This document shows, in pieces, positions 19,489 through 29,530 of a DNA stretch of 64,000 bases. Location of the stretch: contig CBDCCI010000002.1 of NCBI GenBank assembly GCA_965214705.1, positions 992,001 through 1,056,000 on the forward strand. Direction: 5' to 3'. A program made the translations under genes and the position numbers. How positions within the stretch are numbered: position 1 is the stretch's first letter; each line of letters starts with the position of its first letter. A model generated the notes under the pieces. It was not told the DNA's origin and did no database searches. It saw only the letters and a list, made by a program, of their open reading frames with translations. Source of the stretch: Alphaproteobacteria bacterium. Its GTDB lineage: Bacteria; Pseudomonadota; Alphaproteobacteria; UBA828.

Positions 19489-21648
19489 CCCAAGTTGGCA
19501 CTTTTCCGCTGCCTGTGTTCCCTATTGGTTTGATTCAACGCGATATTTTTCTCGGTCGATTCCAACATGGCCCCACATTTTGTGAGATTCTGTCAGCTCA
19601 TCAGACGGGTCCTCGTGCGGTGGATGGCGGGGTCCACGCCCGCCGCCGAGGAGATTGCGGCAACCTCGGCGGCCGGGCGCGTGTCCTGGCGGTTGACGAT
19701 CAAGGTGCCGTCGGTCTGGCGCAGGCGCGTGGTGATCCGCACCCAGGTCCGCATGCTCTCGCGGATCGACGCCCAGCACTTGTGGATGCCGCGCGCGGCC
19801 AGCCGGGTACGGATCAGATGCACGGCGTGGTAGGCCAGCACGGCGATCAGCAGGTGGGCCGCGATGCGCCGGTCGAGCTGGTGCCAGATCGGGCGAAGGC
19901 CGAGCTCGGATTTCAGGCTCCGGAATGTCGCCTCGATATCCGTGATCCGCCAGTACGTCCGCAGGACCGTCTCGATGTCCCAGTCGACGTGGCTGGTGCG
20001 CAGCACATAGGCACCGGCGCCCTCATCGGCCTCGTCGTATCGCGGCCTGCGCTTGAAGCGCACGGCGGTGGCATTGGGGCCGGTTTTCGCCCTCTCGACC
20101 GTGATCTCGTAGTGCCTGGCGACGGCGGAGAAGCGCTGCTTGAGGCGGCCTATGCTCTCCAGCACCTTGTCGTAGCGCTTGAGGCGGCCCTTGACCGGGA
20201 GGCCGCCGTGGAGCCTTTCCAGCGCCGCCTCGAAGCGGTTCCGCCTCAGGCCGATGATCGCGTTCTCGGCCTTCTTCTTGCCCTCGCTGACGACGTAGAG
20301 CCGCGCCTCGCCGTCCTCGCTGGCAAGCCGCCAGGCCCGCACCTCGTGGCGCGCGCTGGTGATCAGCAGGGCCTCGGGTCCGCCCTCGGGCGGCGCAGGC
20401 CTGGCACCGCGGCTGACCGCGATCCAGTCGTAGCCCTGCTCGCCCAGCCACGCGATGTTTTTCTCGGTGGCGATGCCCGCGTCCATGACCACCGTGGGCT
20501 TCGGCGCCGTGCCGCCGCACACCGCCTCGAGCCGCGCCAGCGCCTCGTGCAGCGTGCCCGGCTCGCTCACGTTGCCCGGCAGGATCTCGCAACTGCGCGG
20601 GAAGCCCGCGCCGTCGAGCGCCAGCGCCAGCGTGATGAGGGGACAGTCGTCGCGCTTCTGCTTGGAGCGCCCGAACCTGGGAAGCTCGCCGCCCGTGTGG
20701 CCGTGGTAGTGGACGTTGGTGAGATCGTAGAAGGCGATCGTCTCGGGCAGGTCGAGCAGTGCGCGCTCACGGTTGAACAGCTCCCGCTGGATGGCGGCGC
20801 GGTGGCGCCAGAGCAGGTCGCCGATGCGGTAGAGCGTCTTGCGCCGCAGCGCCTTGCGGTCGCCCTCCAGGCCCAGGAGCTCGGCGGCCGCGCTGTCGTG
20901 GCGGAGCCAGCGGCTGGTATCACGCTCGCTGGCGGGATGGACCATCCTGGCGACGATCAGCGCGCTGGCGATGCGCCCGTCGCGGCCCTTGATGTCGAGG
21001 CCGTGGAGGATTTCGGCGAAGCCGAGGGCGTCGAGGGCCTTGAGGCACAGGCGCTCGCAGCCGACCGTGCGCGGGTTCTCGTGCTCCAGGGTATCGAGGT
21101 CGACGGTGGCGATGTCGGGCTTGCGCGCCTCTTCCTGCATCGCCTCGACGCGGAACCCCCTGGCCCTGAGCTTGGCGACGATGTCCTCGGCTGCGGCCCG
21201 CACATCCGCCTCGCCCTCGAACAGCGGCGGCTTGCCGTGAAGCAGCGCCTCGGCGAGTTCGGTGACGGCCTTCCACTTCTCGCGCGGCACCGGATAGTCG
21301 GTGCCGAGATTGAGCAGCGTCCTGTGGCGCACCTTGTCGCCGACGCGCTGGGCGAGCACGAGGCGATGGCTTCGGACCGGCTGGCCGGCCTTGTCGGTGT
21401 GTGTCCTGGTTGCCTTGATGTACATGGCGGCGCCGTTTCTGCGATGCCTGTTTCGCATACACGGCGTTCGCGGCATCTGGCAAGAGGGATATCGACTCAA
21501 CTCCAAAGTCCTGGCCCCACAATTGGCTTCCAGGACCACGAATGGCAAATGTGGGTCTCAGGTGTCCTCCAACCCCAACATCTAGTGGTTCAGCGCCGCA
21601 AAACTGGCTCGAACAGGCTCGGCTGGTCGGAAAAAGTGCCAACTTGGG
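19489..21648 (-). mobile_element. IS1634-like element inside the IS1380 transposase gene
   Basis: Perfect 17-bp TIRs CCCAAGTTGGCACTTTT; CTCT duplicated at 19485-19488 and 21649-21652. Confidence 0.92.
19593..21425 (-). CDS. IS1634-family transposase
   Basis: MYIKAT start at 21425; AFYDLTNVHY, FGRSKQKRDDCP, VVMDAGIA, YWRITDIEATFRSLKSELGLRPIWHQ. Confidence 0.9.
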   Translation of the reverse strand: MYIKATRTHTDKAGQPVRSHRLVLAQRVGDKVRHRTLLNLGTDYPVPREKWKAVTELAEALLHGKPPLFEGEADVRAAAEDIVAKLRARGFRVEAMQEEARKPDIATVDLDTLEHENPRTVGCERLCLKALDALGFAEILHGLDIKGRDGRIASALIVARMVHPASERDTSRWLRHDSAAAELLGLEGDRKALRRKTLYRIGDLLWRHRAAIQRELFNRERALLDLPETIAFYDLTNVHYHGHTGGELPRFGRSKQKRDDCPLITLALALDGAGFPRSCEILPGNVSEPGTLHEALARLEAVCGGTAPKPTVVMDAGIATEKNIAWLGEQGYDWIAVSRGARPAPPEGGPEALLITSARHEVRAWRLASEDGEARLYVVSEGKKKAENAIIGLRRNRFEAALERLHGGLPVKGRLKRYDKVLESIGRLKQRFSAVARHYEITVERAKTGPNATAVRFKRRPRYDEADEGAGAYVLRTSHVDWDIETVLRTYWRITDIEATFRSLKSELGLRPIWHQLDRRIAAHLLIAVLAYHAVHLIRTRLAARGIHKCWASIRESMRTWVRITTRLRQTDGTLIVNRQDTRPAAEVAAISSAAGVDPAIHRTRTRLMS

Positions 21649-21678
21649 CTCTGTTCAAGCTGGCCTCAGGCCGGGCGC

Positions 21679-24026
21679 CTCTCAACTACCCACTGTTGAG
21701 TCAGTTCCATGTTTGATCATGTCCAGGTCCTTCAAGGCACGGTAGGTGAGGGTGGCGTGTCGCAGGTAGACGTAGCCCTTCCAGAGCAGTTGGGTTCCCG
21801 GCAGGGGCTGCCGTTTTCGTGGATCGAAGCCGGCGAACCTGGCGACATCGATGACGAAGGTGCGGATGTCCGGGGGCTTGTCGGGCGGCGGACGGGCGCG
21901 AACCATGCCGTAGGCCATCAGCCTGATGTAGAGGATGGCGATTTCGTCGTCCGAGACGACGTGGTTGGCCGGGGTGTCCGGCTTGTCGCGCGCGATGCGT
22001 TCGAGATCGAAGACGTGGCAGGCGGTGATGGCATCGAAGGCGACACACTTTCGCAGGTCGTCGGCGTGGTCGAGCTTTCGGTCCTCGACGCGGGTGCCGG
22101 TCTTCAGAACCTTGAAGTACTCCTCGATGGTCCATCGGCGCTCGTACCAGGTGACGACGGTCTGGGCGGTCTCGGCGTCGGCGCTGCCCTCGGTGCTCAG
22201 CAGCAGCCAGTTGAGCGGGTCCTTGCCGGCGGGCGGGTCGGGTTCGGTCGCGGACACGACGAGCATGTCGACCGGCTCCCGGCTCTCGGCGTCGCGCGGT
22301 GGCGCCAGACTGACCCTGGCGGCGCGCAGCTCCAGCGTTGCCGTGCGCCTGGACCGCGCCCGCTTGCCGCCGCAGGCGCCGATCTCCACGGTCTTGCCGG
22401 CAAGGCGCGGGAGAGCGGCGACATGCTCCCACACGCTCTCCTCCTCGCCGCTCTCAAGGATCACCCGCCGCTGTGCCGACCGGCGCGCGCGCACCAGCAG
22501 CGCCGCGCCTTGCGATGCGGCCCTGGTGAGCAACGCCCAGATGTCGCCCTCCCGGTCGCAGACCGTGACCACCCGCGTCGCAGGGCAGGCGCGGGCCAAC
22601 TCCTGCGCCCGCTCGTGCCCGCGCAGCCAGCGTTCACTCTCGATTTCCCTGTCGTCGCCGTCGCGGAAGCTCGCATCAAGGGCGAACACGCCGAGCGGCC
22701 GCCCGGCCGCGTTGAGCGCCAGACCCACATGCGCCACCAGTCCGCACGTGCCCTTGCCGCCGCCGCCCACCCCGACGAGGCCTTCGGTCGCTTTGAGCCC
22801 GTCGTAGTTCAGCGTGGTGGTGTCCTGGATCGCGAGAACGATGTCCTCAAGCTGGCAGCGCTCCACCATCGTTGCCCGGTGCGGCTCCAGGATGTGCTCC
22901 ATGCTCACCTTCCCGCTCGACAGCAGCCGGTAGGCCGCCTTGCGCTCCGGCCGGGCCGGAAAGATCGCCGGGATCGCGGCCCCCGGGCGCTCCAGCCACG
23001 CCCGTCCCATGCGCTCGATCCGATCGCGGACCCGGCCGTCAGGATGCGTGCTGCGCGCATATTCCCGCCCCGCCCAGTCCGTGTCCTCGTCCATGTGCAA
23101 CGCCGGCGCCGCACGGATGTCCCGGGCCGGCTCGGCGCACAAGATGGCCTGCCAATCCGCCGCCAGCGGCTTCATCCACACCGTCCGCGCCGCCCCGGCG
23201 GCGGACCCCGGCGGCTGGCCCGAGGTGTGCTGGGAACAGCACCGCCAGCCCGCCGCCCGGTAGCAGGTGCCGGCATGCTCGGGGCCGACATAGCTGTAGG
23301 CCAGGACCGGCCGCGCCCTGTAGGCCGTCTCCCAGTCCGCCGCCACGCGCCCGGCCGCCAGCTCCAGCACCCGCGAGGCCAGACCGTGGACGCGCACGCC
23401 GGGCAGAAGCAGGAAGCGATGGTTGTTGATCAGGAGCGGCAGGTTCAAAGCCCGCGCGTCCGCCGACCAGCCGATAAAGTCGTCGCGCGCCTTCTGGTGC
23501 CAGCTCGCGGCGCAAAACCCGATGCCGCCGAGGCGGCCGTGAAGCGAGGAACGCACCCAGTAGCGCAGCTGCCCGCCCGGAGCCCGCGCCCAGCCTTGCG
23601 GGTGGTGCGTCGCAATCATCGCTTGCCACAGTTGCCGCTCGGCATCGCCGTCGACCGGCTCCAGTGTCACCGAGCCCAGATCCGCAAGCCGGCAGCGAAG
23701 CGAAAGGTCGGGGTAGGCTTCGATGGGCGCACTCTCGCGACGCCCCCGGCCGAACGCCGCCCGCGCCGCCGGCAGCGCGAGCCCGAGCTTGTCCGCCAGA
23801 ACCGGCAGAGCCTTGCGCGCGGACGCAAGACAGTGCTCGCCCCGATCGCCGGTCCAGTCCTCAAGCGCGCAGAGATCGCGGGCAAGAGAACTGCGAGTGC
23901 GGCCCTCCTCCAGGACCGCCTTGCTCAACCACTCGATCGTGTCGGCGTGAAACTGGTGAAGGCCAACTTGCATGGCACGACATGTAGCCCACACCACTCA
24001 TTGAGTCAACTGTGGACCGGTGTGAG
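21679..24026 (-). mobile_element. IS4-family (IS50/Tn5-like) element inside the IS1380 transposase gene
   Basis: Imperfect 25-bp TIRs CTCTCAACTACCCACTGTTGAGTCA / CTCACACCGGTCCACAGTTGACTCA (18/25); 9-bp duplication GCCGGGCGC at 21670-21678 and 24027-24035. Confidence 0.9.
21682..23973 (-). CDS. Tn5-type transposase fused to an N-terminal DUF4338 (DruA-like) domain
   Basis: C-half: KAAYRLL, LAIQDTTTLNY, VCDREGDI, WYERRWTIEEYFKVLKTG, PG...LWKG. N-half: HHPQG..GQLRY, ARDDFIGW, NNHRFLLLP, LASRVL, DW..Y..PVL, GTCYRAAGW. Start at 23973 or 23997. Confidence 0.85.
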   Translation of the reverse strand: MQVGLHQFHADTIEWLSKAVLEEGRTRSSLARDLCALEDWTGDRGEHCLASARKALPVLADKLGLALPAARAAFGRGRRESAPIEAYPDLSLRCRLADLGSVTLEPVDGDAERQLWQAMIATHHPQGWARAPGGQLRYWVRSSLHGRLGGIGFCAASWHQKARDDFIGWSADARALNLPLLINNHRFLLLPGVRVHGLASRVLELAAGRVAADWETAYRARPVLAYSYVGPEHAGTCYRAAGWRCCSQHTSGQPPGSAAGAARTVWMKPLAADWQAILCAEPARDIRAAPALHMDEDTDWAGREYARSTHPDGRVRDRIERMGRAWLERPGAAIPAIFPARPERKAAYRLLSSGKVSMEHILEPHRATMVERCQLEDIVLAIQDTTTLNYDGLKATEGLVGVGGGGKGTCGLVAHVGLALNAAGRPLGVFALDASFRDGDDREIESERWLRGHERAQELARACPATRVVTVCDREGDIWALLTRAASQGAALLVRARRSAQRRVILESGEEESVWEHVAALPRLAGKTVEIGACGGKRARSRRTATLELRAARVSLAPPRDAESREPVDMLVVSATEPDPPAGKDPLNWLLLSTEGSADAETAQTVVTWYERRWTIEEYFKVLKTGTRVEDRKLDHADDLRKCVAFDAITACHVFDLERIARDKPDTPANHVVSDDEIAILYIRLMAYGMVRARPPPDKPPDIRTFVIDVARFAGFDPRKRQPLPGTQLLWKGYVYLRHATLTYRALKDLDMIKHGTDSTVGS

Positions 24027-25302
24027 GCCGGGCGCCGGAGAACGGCCGCGATCTCTGTTCCCAGCCCACCATGAGCCGCCTGGAGAACGCTCCGTCTCGC
24101 ATCGAGGTGGCGCGCATGACGGCCGCCCTGGTCGATCTCTTCTGCCGCTCCTTCTCAGCCCCACCCGCCGCCATCACGCTGGATATCGACGACACCTGCG
24201 ATGCCGTGCACGGGCACCAGCAGCTGTCGCTGTTCAACGCTCATTACGACACCCGCTGCTTCCTCCCCATCCACGTCTATCACGTGGAAAGCGGCAAGCC
24301 GGTGGCGGTCCTCCTGCGCCCCGGCAAGACGCCCTCGGGGATCGAGGTCCGCACCCTCATCAAGCACCTGGTCCGCCGCATCCGCCGCCACTGGCCGCAC
24401 ACTCGGATCGTCTTCCGGGGAGACAGCCACTATGGCCGCGCGCAAGCCATGGCCTGGTGCGAGCAGAACGGCGTCGACTACATCTCCGGCCTCGCGGGCA
24501 ACCGCGCGCTCAACGCCTTGGCCTACGAGGTGGCCGACGATCTCAAGGTCCGCCGCGCCGAGGCCGGCGCGGACAGGATGCGCAGCTTCGCCGCCTTCGC
24601 CTATGCCGCCCGCTCCTGGAGCCGCGAACGCCGGGTCGTGGCTCGGCTGGAGGCGACGACGCGCGGCTTCGATGCCCGCTATGTCGTCACCTCGCTCAAG
24701 GGCGAGCCCCGCCACCTCTACGAAGACATCTACTGCGCCCGCGGCCAGGCCGAAAACCTGATCAAGATGCACAAGGGCCAGCTCGCCTCGGACCGCACCT
24801 CCTGCCAGAGCCCGCTCGCCAACCAGCTCAGGCTGGTGCTCCACACCGCAGCCTACTGGCTGATGCTCGCGCTCCGCGACGCCATTCCCCGCACAGCGCC
24901 GCTCGCCCGCGCCGAGTTTGCAACCCTCAGGCTGCGCCTCCTCAAGATCGGCGCCCGCGTCATCGAGAAGGCCACCCGCGTCCGCATCCACTTCGCCTCG
25001 GCCTGCCCGGACGCCGCTCTCTTCCGACTGCTCGCAGGCCGCCTCGCCGCAGCAGGCCCCTGAGCGCCGGGGCGATGTGCCCCGACAACCCAGGCTCGTT
25101 CAACCCTCAACCCAATAGCGACCCATCCTCAGATCCCGGCGCCAAACCGCGTCAGGCCACGACGCGACCCCTCAGCCGAGCCTCATGTGCAAGGCTCTCC
25201 ATGAATAGGTCGGGCTAGTCGCGCGCCGGCCCTGGGCAGCTTTGCCCGCGCGCAGATGGCAGGCGAGACTAAGCGCGCGGCTCATTCGAGGGGGAGAGAA
25301 GG

Positions 25303-26898
25303 ATGGCGTGGGATTACATCATCGTCGGCGCGGGCTCGGCCGGATGCGTGCTGGCGCATCGGCTCTCCGCCAAGCCGGGGAACAAGGTCCTGCTGCTGGA
25401 AGGCGGTGGCAACGATACGTCCCCGCTCGTTCGGATCCCCGCCGGCGAGATCAAGGCCATCCTCAACCCCCGCTTCAACTGGATGTACATGAGCGAGCCC
25501 GACCCCACGCTCAACGGGCGCGACGCCATGTGGCCGGGCGGCAAGGTGCTCGGCGGGTCGAGCTCCATCAACGGCATGATCTACCTGCGCGGCCAGCACG
25601 AGGACTACGACGACTGGGCCCGCCTGGTCGGCAACACCGGCGCGTGGAGCTACCGGGACGTGCTGCCCTACTTCAAGCGCATGGAGACCAACCCCTTGGG
25701 CCCCAGCGAGTATCACGGCGACAGCGGCCCGCTCATCGTTTCCGACGTGCCGACGCCCCATCCGCTGGTCCGCGTCTTCATCGAGGCGGCCAAGGAGCTC
25801 GGCATCCCCTTCAACCCGGACGTGAACGGCGAGCGTCAGGAAGGCGCCGGCCCCCATCAGGGGACGATCCGCTTCGGCCGCCGCAACAGCTCGGCCCGCG
25901 CGTATCTGAGGCCGGTGATGGGCAGGCCTAATCTCAGCGTCGAGACCGAGGCGCGGGTGGACAAGGTGCTGTTCGAGGAGGGCCGCGCCAGCACCGTCGT
26001 CTACACCCGAGGCGGTGCGACGCGCGAGGCAAGGGCGGACGGCGAGATCATCCTCTCCGCCGGCGCCATCGCCTCGCCGGCGATCCTGCTGCGCTCAGGC
26101 ATCGGGCCCGCAGCCGATCTCTCCGATTTCGGCATCGCCGTGGTCGCCGATTCACCGGGGGTGGGCCACAACCTGCAGGAGCATCCGGTCGCCTGGGTGG
26201 CCGGTTACGTCGACATCAGCACCTACAATACCGAGGTCACGGCCGCCGGCTGGGTGAAGCACGGCCTCAACTGGCTGCTGCGCGGCAAGGGGCCGGCGGC
26301 GAGCCCCATCTCCCAGGCGGTGGCCTTCGTCCGCACCCGGCCGGACGAGGAGGACCGCCCGGACATCCAGCTCCACTTCACGCCGACCGGCTACGAGTTC
26401 GGCCCGGACGGGATCAGGCTGCTGGACCGCCCCGGAGTCACCATTCCGGCCAACGTCTGCCGGCCCAAGAGCCGCAGCAGGCTTACGCTTCGCTCGGCCG
26501 ACCCCAACGAGCCGCCGCGCATCTTCTCGAAGCTGCTCGACGACGAGGATGACGTCAGGCGCATGGTCGACGGCTGCAAAGTCTCACGCGGCATCTTCGA
26601 GAGCGCGGCCTTCAAGCCGCACTTCCAGGGCTTGTTCCTGCCCGCGCCGGACGTCCGGAGCGACGACGAACTCGAAGCCTACGTCCGGCAGTACACGCTG
26701 CCGGCCTATCATCCCGTCGGCACCTGCAAGATGGGCATCGACGACATGGCGGTGGTCGACCCGGAGCTCCGGGTCCGGGGCGTGAAGGGGCTCCGCGTGA
26801 TCGACGCCTCGATCATGCCGATCGTGCCGAGCGCCAATACCAACGCGCCGTCCATCATGGTCGGCGAGAAGGGCTCGGACCTGGTGCTGGGCGGCTAA
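25303..26898 (+). CDS. GMC-family oxidoreductase (choline dehydrogenase-like)
   Basis: [56 protein letters not shown]. Confidence 0.93.
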   Translation: MAWDYIIVGAGSAGCVLAHRLSAKPGNKVLLLEGGGNDTSPLVRIPAGEIKAILNPRFNWMYMSEPDPTLNGRDAMWPGGKVLGGSSSINGMIYLRGQHEDYDDWARLVGNTGAWSYRDVLPYFKRMETNPLGPSEYHGDSGPLIVSDVPTPHPLVRVFIEAAKELGIPFNPDVNGERQEGAGPHQGTIRFGRRNSSARAYLRPVMGRPNLSVETEARVDKVLFEEGRASTVVYTRGGATREARADGEIILSAGAIASPAILLRSGIGPAADLSDFGIAVVADSPGVGHNLQEHPVAWVAGYVDISTYNTEVTAAGWVKHGLNWLLRGKGPAASPISQAVAFVRTRPDEEDRPDIQLHFTPTGYEFGPDGIRLLDRPGVTIPANVCRPKSRSRLTLRSADPNEPPRIFSKLLDDEDDVRRMVDGCKVSRGIFESAAFKPHFQGLFLPAPDVRSDDELEAYVRQYTLPAYHPVGTCKMGIDDMAVVDPELRVRGVKGLRVIDASIMPIVPSANTNAPSIMVGEKGSDLVLGG

Positions 26899-27782
26899 AC
26901 GGCCTGTACGATCCGGGCCGGATCGCCGATGTCGAGGGTGGTGACGCGGCGCATCTCCCGCCGGTGCCGGGTGTCCTCGAACGGACGCGCGCGGTGCATC
27001 GTGGCGCGGTTGTCCCAGATCACGAAGTCTCCCCTTCGCCACGAGTGCCGGTAGACGAGCTCGGGCGCTGTCGCGTGCTCCATGAGGTCGCGGAGCAGGA
27101 GCCGGCCGTCCGGGATCGGCCGATCGAGGATTCGCGATGCGTGCGAGGCGAGGTAGAGGGAGCGCCGCCCGGTGCGTGGGTTCTGCAGCACCAGCGGCTG
27201 GATGGCCCCCTTGAGCCGGTCGCTCTCCTCCTGCGAGAAGTCGAAGCCGAGCGTGATGCGCGAATAGGCGATCGAATGGTGCACGCGGAGGCCTTCGAGC
27301 TTCGCCTTCGTCTCCTCGGCCAGCGCCTCGTAGGCGGCCCGCATGTCCGCGAACTCCGTGTCTGCCGCGACCGGCGGCAGTGCGACGGCGGCGAGCATCG
27401 AATAGCGGCCGCGCGGGTCCTGAAACGACGCGTCGGTGTGCCAGAGGCGGTTCGCGAGGCCGTACAGGCGCTTCCGGCTGTCCGATTCCAGGACCTCGCC
27501 GCTCGCATCGACGTTCGAGACATCGGTGATGGCCTCGTCGCCGAAGCGGCTCTTCTGCAGGACGCTGATGCCGGTCTTGCGGTGGAGCTCGCCGTCGAGC
27601 CGGACGGCGAAGTCGCGCTGCTCCTCGCTGGAGAACGCCTGGTTCCGGAATACCAGCACCGCGTGCTCGTCCATGCCGGCCCGGATCCGCTCCAGGGTCT
27701 CCTCGTCGTGCACGGCGCGGAGATCGAGCGCGCTCACCTCGGCGGCGAAGAGCGGGTGGAGCTTGCGGAACTCGAGTGTCAT
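26895..27782 (-). CDS. TauD/TfdA-family Fe(II)/2-oxoglutarate dioxygenase
   Basis: LVFRNQ, WHTDASF (HxD), DTEFADM, IWDNRATMHR; resembles the TfdA/SdpA subgroup. Confidence 0.92.
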   Translation of the reverse strand: MTLEFRKLHPLFAAEVSALDLRAVHDEETLERIRAGMDEHAVLVFRNQAFSSEEQRDFAVRLDGELHRKTGISVLQKSRFGDEAITDVSNVDASGEVLESDSRKRLYGLANRLWHTDASFQDPRGRYSMLAAVALPPVAADTEFADMRAAYEALAEETKAKLEGLRVHHSIAYSRITLGFDFSQEESDRLKGAIQPLVLQNPRTGRRSLYLASHASRILDRPIPDGRLLLRDLMEHATAPELVYRHSWRRGDFVIWDNRATMHRARPFEDTRHRREMRRVTTLDIGDPARIVQAV

Positions 27783-28702
27783 CGGGTCTCACCTGACTGT
27801 GGACCGGTCTCGATGGGGAGGGCGGGGTCTTGCGCCCAATCGCCCATCGACCCGTCGTAGAGGGTGAGGTCAGTGTAGCCGAGTTGGTGGAGGAGGAAGA
27901 GGCCAACGGTGGCGGAGATGCCGCCGCCGCAATAGGCGACGACGTGGCGGTCCGGGGTAATCCCGGCTTCCTCGTGGAGCCGCTCTGCCTCGTCCAACGG
28001 CACGAAAGCCCCGTTCGACGGATCGAGCAGCGTCGCGGCAGGCACGTTGACGCTCCCCGGAATCCGTCCCGGCCGTCCGTAGCGGCTCGGACCTTCACCG
28101 AGATGGAACTCGGGTGCGAGCGCGTTCACCGCGACGGTGTCGGCATCGCCGAGCCGTGAGAGCACGTAGTCGCTGTCTACGAACCGGCCGGGAAGGCGCG
28201 TCGCGGTGAAGCGCGCCGGCGGGTACCGGCCCGGCGTGGAGGAGACGGGGCGCCCCTCCGCCTGCCACTTCTCCCAGCCGCCATCGAGCACCGCCGCCCG
28301 ATCGAAGCCGAAGGCGCGCAGCATCCACCAGACCCGCGTCGCCCACATGATGCTGCCGGCGGAATAGAGCACGACGCGGGAGTCGTCGCCGATACCAAGC
28401 CCGCCCATAGCCTCTGCGAAGCGCTCGGCCGACGGCGCCATGAACTTGAGCCGCGTGTCCGGGTCGGAAATCGTTCCCTGGATATCGAGGAAGACGGCGC
28501 CGGGGATATGCGCCGCGTAGTACTCGGCCCGGCCCGGAAGGACACGGTAGGGGGCGTCGTCGCCTGGCTCGGCCGGCTTGAGCCACGTGGTGCAGTCCAC
28601 GATGCGAAGCTCGGGCGCACCGAGGCTCGCCTCGAGCGCGGCAGTCTCGATGAGCGCCTCCGGCTCGCGCCATTGCGAGAGGTCGGCTCGGCCATCGGTC
28701 AT
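27779..28702 (-). CDS. Tandem-domain sulfurtransferase (rhodanese/MST type)
   Basis: HIPGA, RVWWML, LDGG, GRIPGSVN, YCGGGISA active-site loop, LYDGS; 4-bp overlap with the tauD-like start. Confidence 0.92.
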   Translation of the reverse strand: MTDGRADLSQWREPEALIETAALEASLGAPELRIVDCTTWLKPAEPGDDAPYRVLPGRAEYYAAHIPGAVFLDIQGTISDPDTRLKFMAPSAERFAEAMGGLGIGDDSRVVLYSAGSIMWATRVWWMLRAFGFDRAAVLDGGWEKWQAEGRPVSSTPGRYPPARFTATRLPGRFVDSDYVLSRLGDADTVAVNALAPEFHLGEGPSRYGRPGRIPGSVNVPAATLLDPSNGAFVPLDEAERLHEEAGITPDRHVVAYCGGGISATVGLFLLHQLGYTDLTLYDGSMGDWAQDPALPIETGPQSGETR

Positions 28703-28734
28703 CGACGGTCTCCCTTGTCTTCTGGTTGGCGCAA

Positions 28735-29508
28735 CTACCCCGGCGGCAGTCCGGCGGTGAGCCCGCCGTCGATCATGAGCGCCGTGCCGGTGACCCAGCG
28801 GGCCTCGTCGGAGGCGAGATAGAGGAACGCCGACGCGATCTCGTCAGGCTGGCCCATGCGGCCCAAGGGGTGGGCGGCATTGACCGCCGCCCGGCTCGCC
28901 GCCGGGTCGTCCTGCGCGTCGACATATTCCTGCACCATCGGCGTCTCGACGAAACCGGGGCAGACGCAGTTCGCGCGGATGCCGTGGGCGGCGCCGTCGA
29001 GGGCCATGCACTTGGTTAGCATCACCACCCCCGCCTTGGCGGCGGAATAGCCGTGTTGACCGGCCATGCCGATGACACCGGCGACCGACGCTGTGTTCAG
29101 GATGGTCCCGCCCCCGGCTTCTACGAAGCGGGGCCATATGGCCCGGCTGGCCCGGTAGATGCTCGACAGGTCGAGGTCGATGACGCGATCCCATTCGTCG
29201 GCGGCGAGGGTCTCGACGGTGCCGATTGTCGGAATCGCGGCATTGTTCACGAGGATATCGACGCCTCCCAGCGTCTCCCACGCGCGCTCCGTCATGGCGG
29301 CGACGGAGGCGTCGTCTCCCACGTCAGCGGTGAGACCGACGGCCGTTCCTCCCTGGGCGCGGATCGAGTCCGCGTGGTTGTCTGCGCCGGTGCCGTTGAG
29401 ATCGGCGATCGCGACAGCCGCGCCCTCCGCCGCGAAGCGCTCTGCGGTCGCGGCGCCGATACCCGAAGCAGCGCTGGTCACCAGCGCGCGTTTGCCTGCC
29501 AAACGCAT
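28735..29508 (-). CDS. Short-chain dehydrogenase/reductase
   Basis: TSAASGIG, NNA, YSAAK, IRANCVCPG, DGG. Confidence 0.9.
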   Translation of the reverse strand: MRLAGKRALVTSAASGIGAATAERFAAEGAAVAIADLNGTGADNHADSIRAQGGTAVGLTADVGDDASVAAMTERAWETLGGVDILVNNAAIPTIGTVETLAADEWDRVIDLDLSSIYRASRAIWPRFVEAGGGTILNTASVAGVIGMAGQHGYSAAKAGVVMLTKCMALDGAAHGIRANCVCPGFVETPMVQEYVDAQDDPAASRAAVNAAHPLGRMGQPDEIASAFLYLASDEARWVTGTALMIDGGLTAGLPPG

Positions 29509-29530
29509 CGACGCCTCCCTTTCGATCCGT

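Larger units (their letters stand above)
19202..25063 (+). pseudogene. IS1380 transposase split into three pieces (19202-19488, 21653-21678, 24036-25063)
   Basis: FDGGLISSDGG...GYEDADDCD.LRADPL | FKLASGRA | PENGRDLCSQPTMSRLEN...LDIDDT...RGDSHY...YCARGQAENLIK; the pieces sum to 1341 nt, an in-frame 446-aa ORF. Confidence 0.93.
17738..25214 (+). mobile_element. IS1380-family element interrupted by three other IS elements
   Basis: IRL CCCGGATTATTCATGG vs IRR (rc) CCCGACCTATTCATGG (13/16); CTAG duplicated at 17734-17737 and 25215-25218; removing the inserts leaves 1613 bp. Confidence 0.92.

Noticed and set aside
21682-23973. A complete Druantia defence system
   Set aside because: Only a DruA-like domain is present, fused to a transposase; no DruE helicase or other dru genes are in the window.
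21709-25218. Very long ORFs with no family motifs (1169 aa here; also 44021..47212, 50365..52890, 15083..17506 and most of 8553..11915)
   Set aside because: Antisense or off-frame shadows of real genes, expected at this GC content; this one also crosses an IS boundary.
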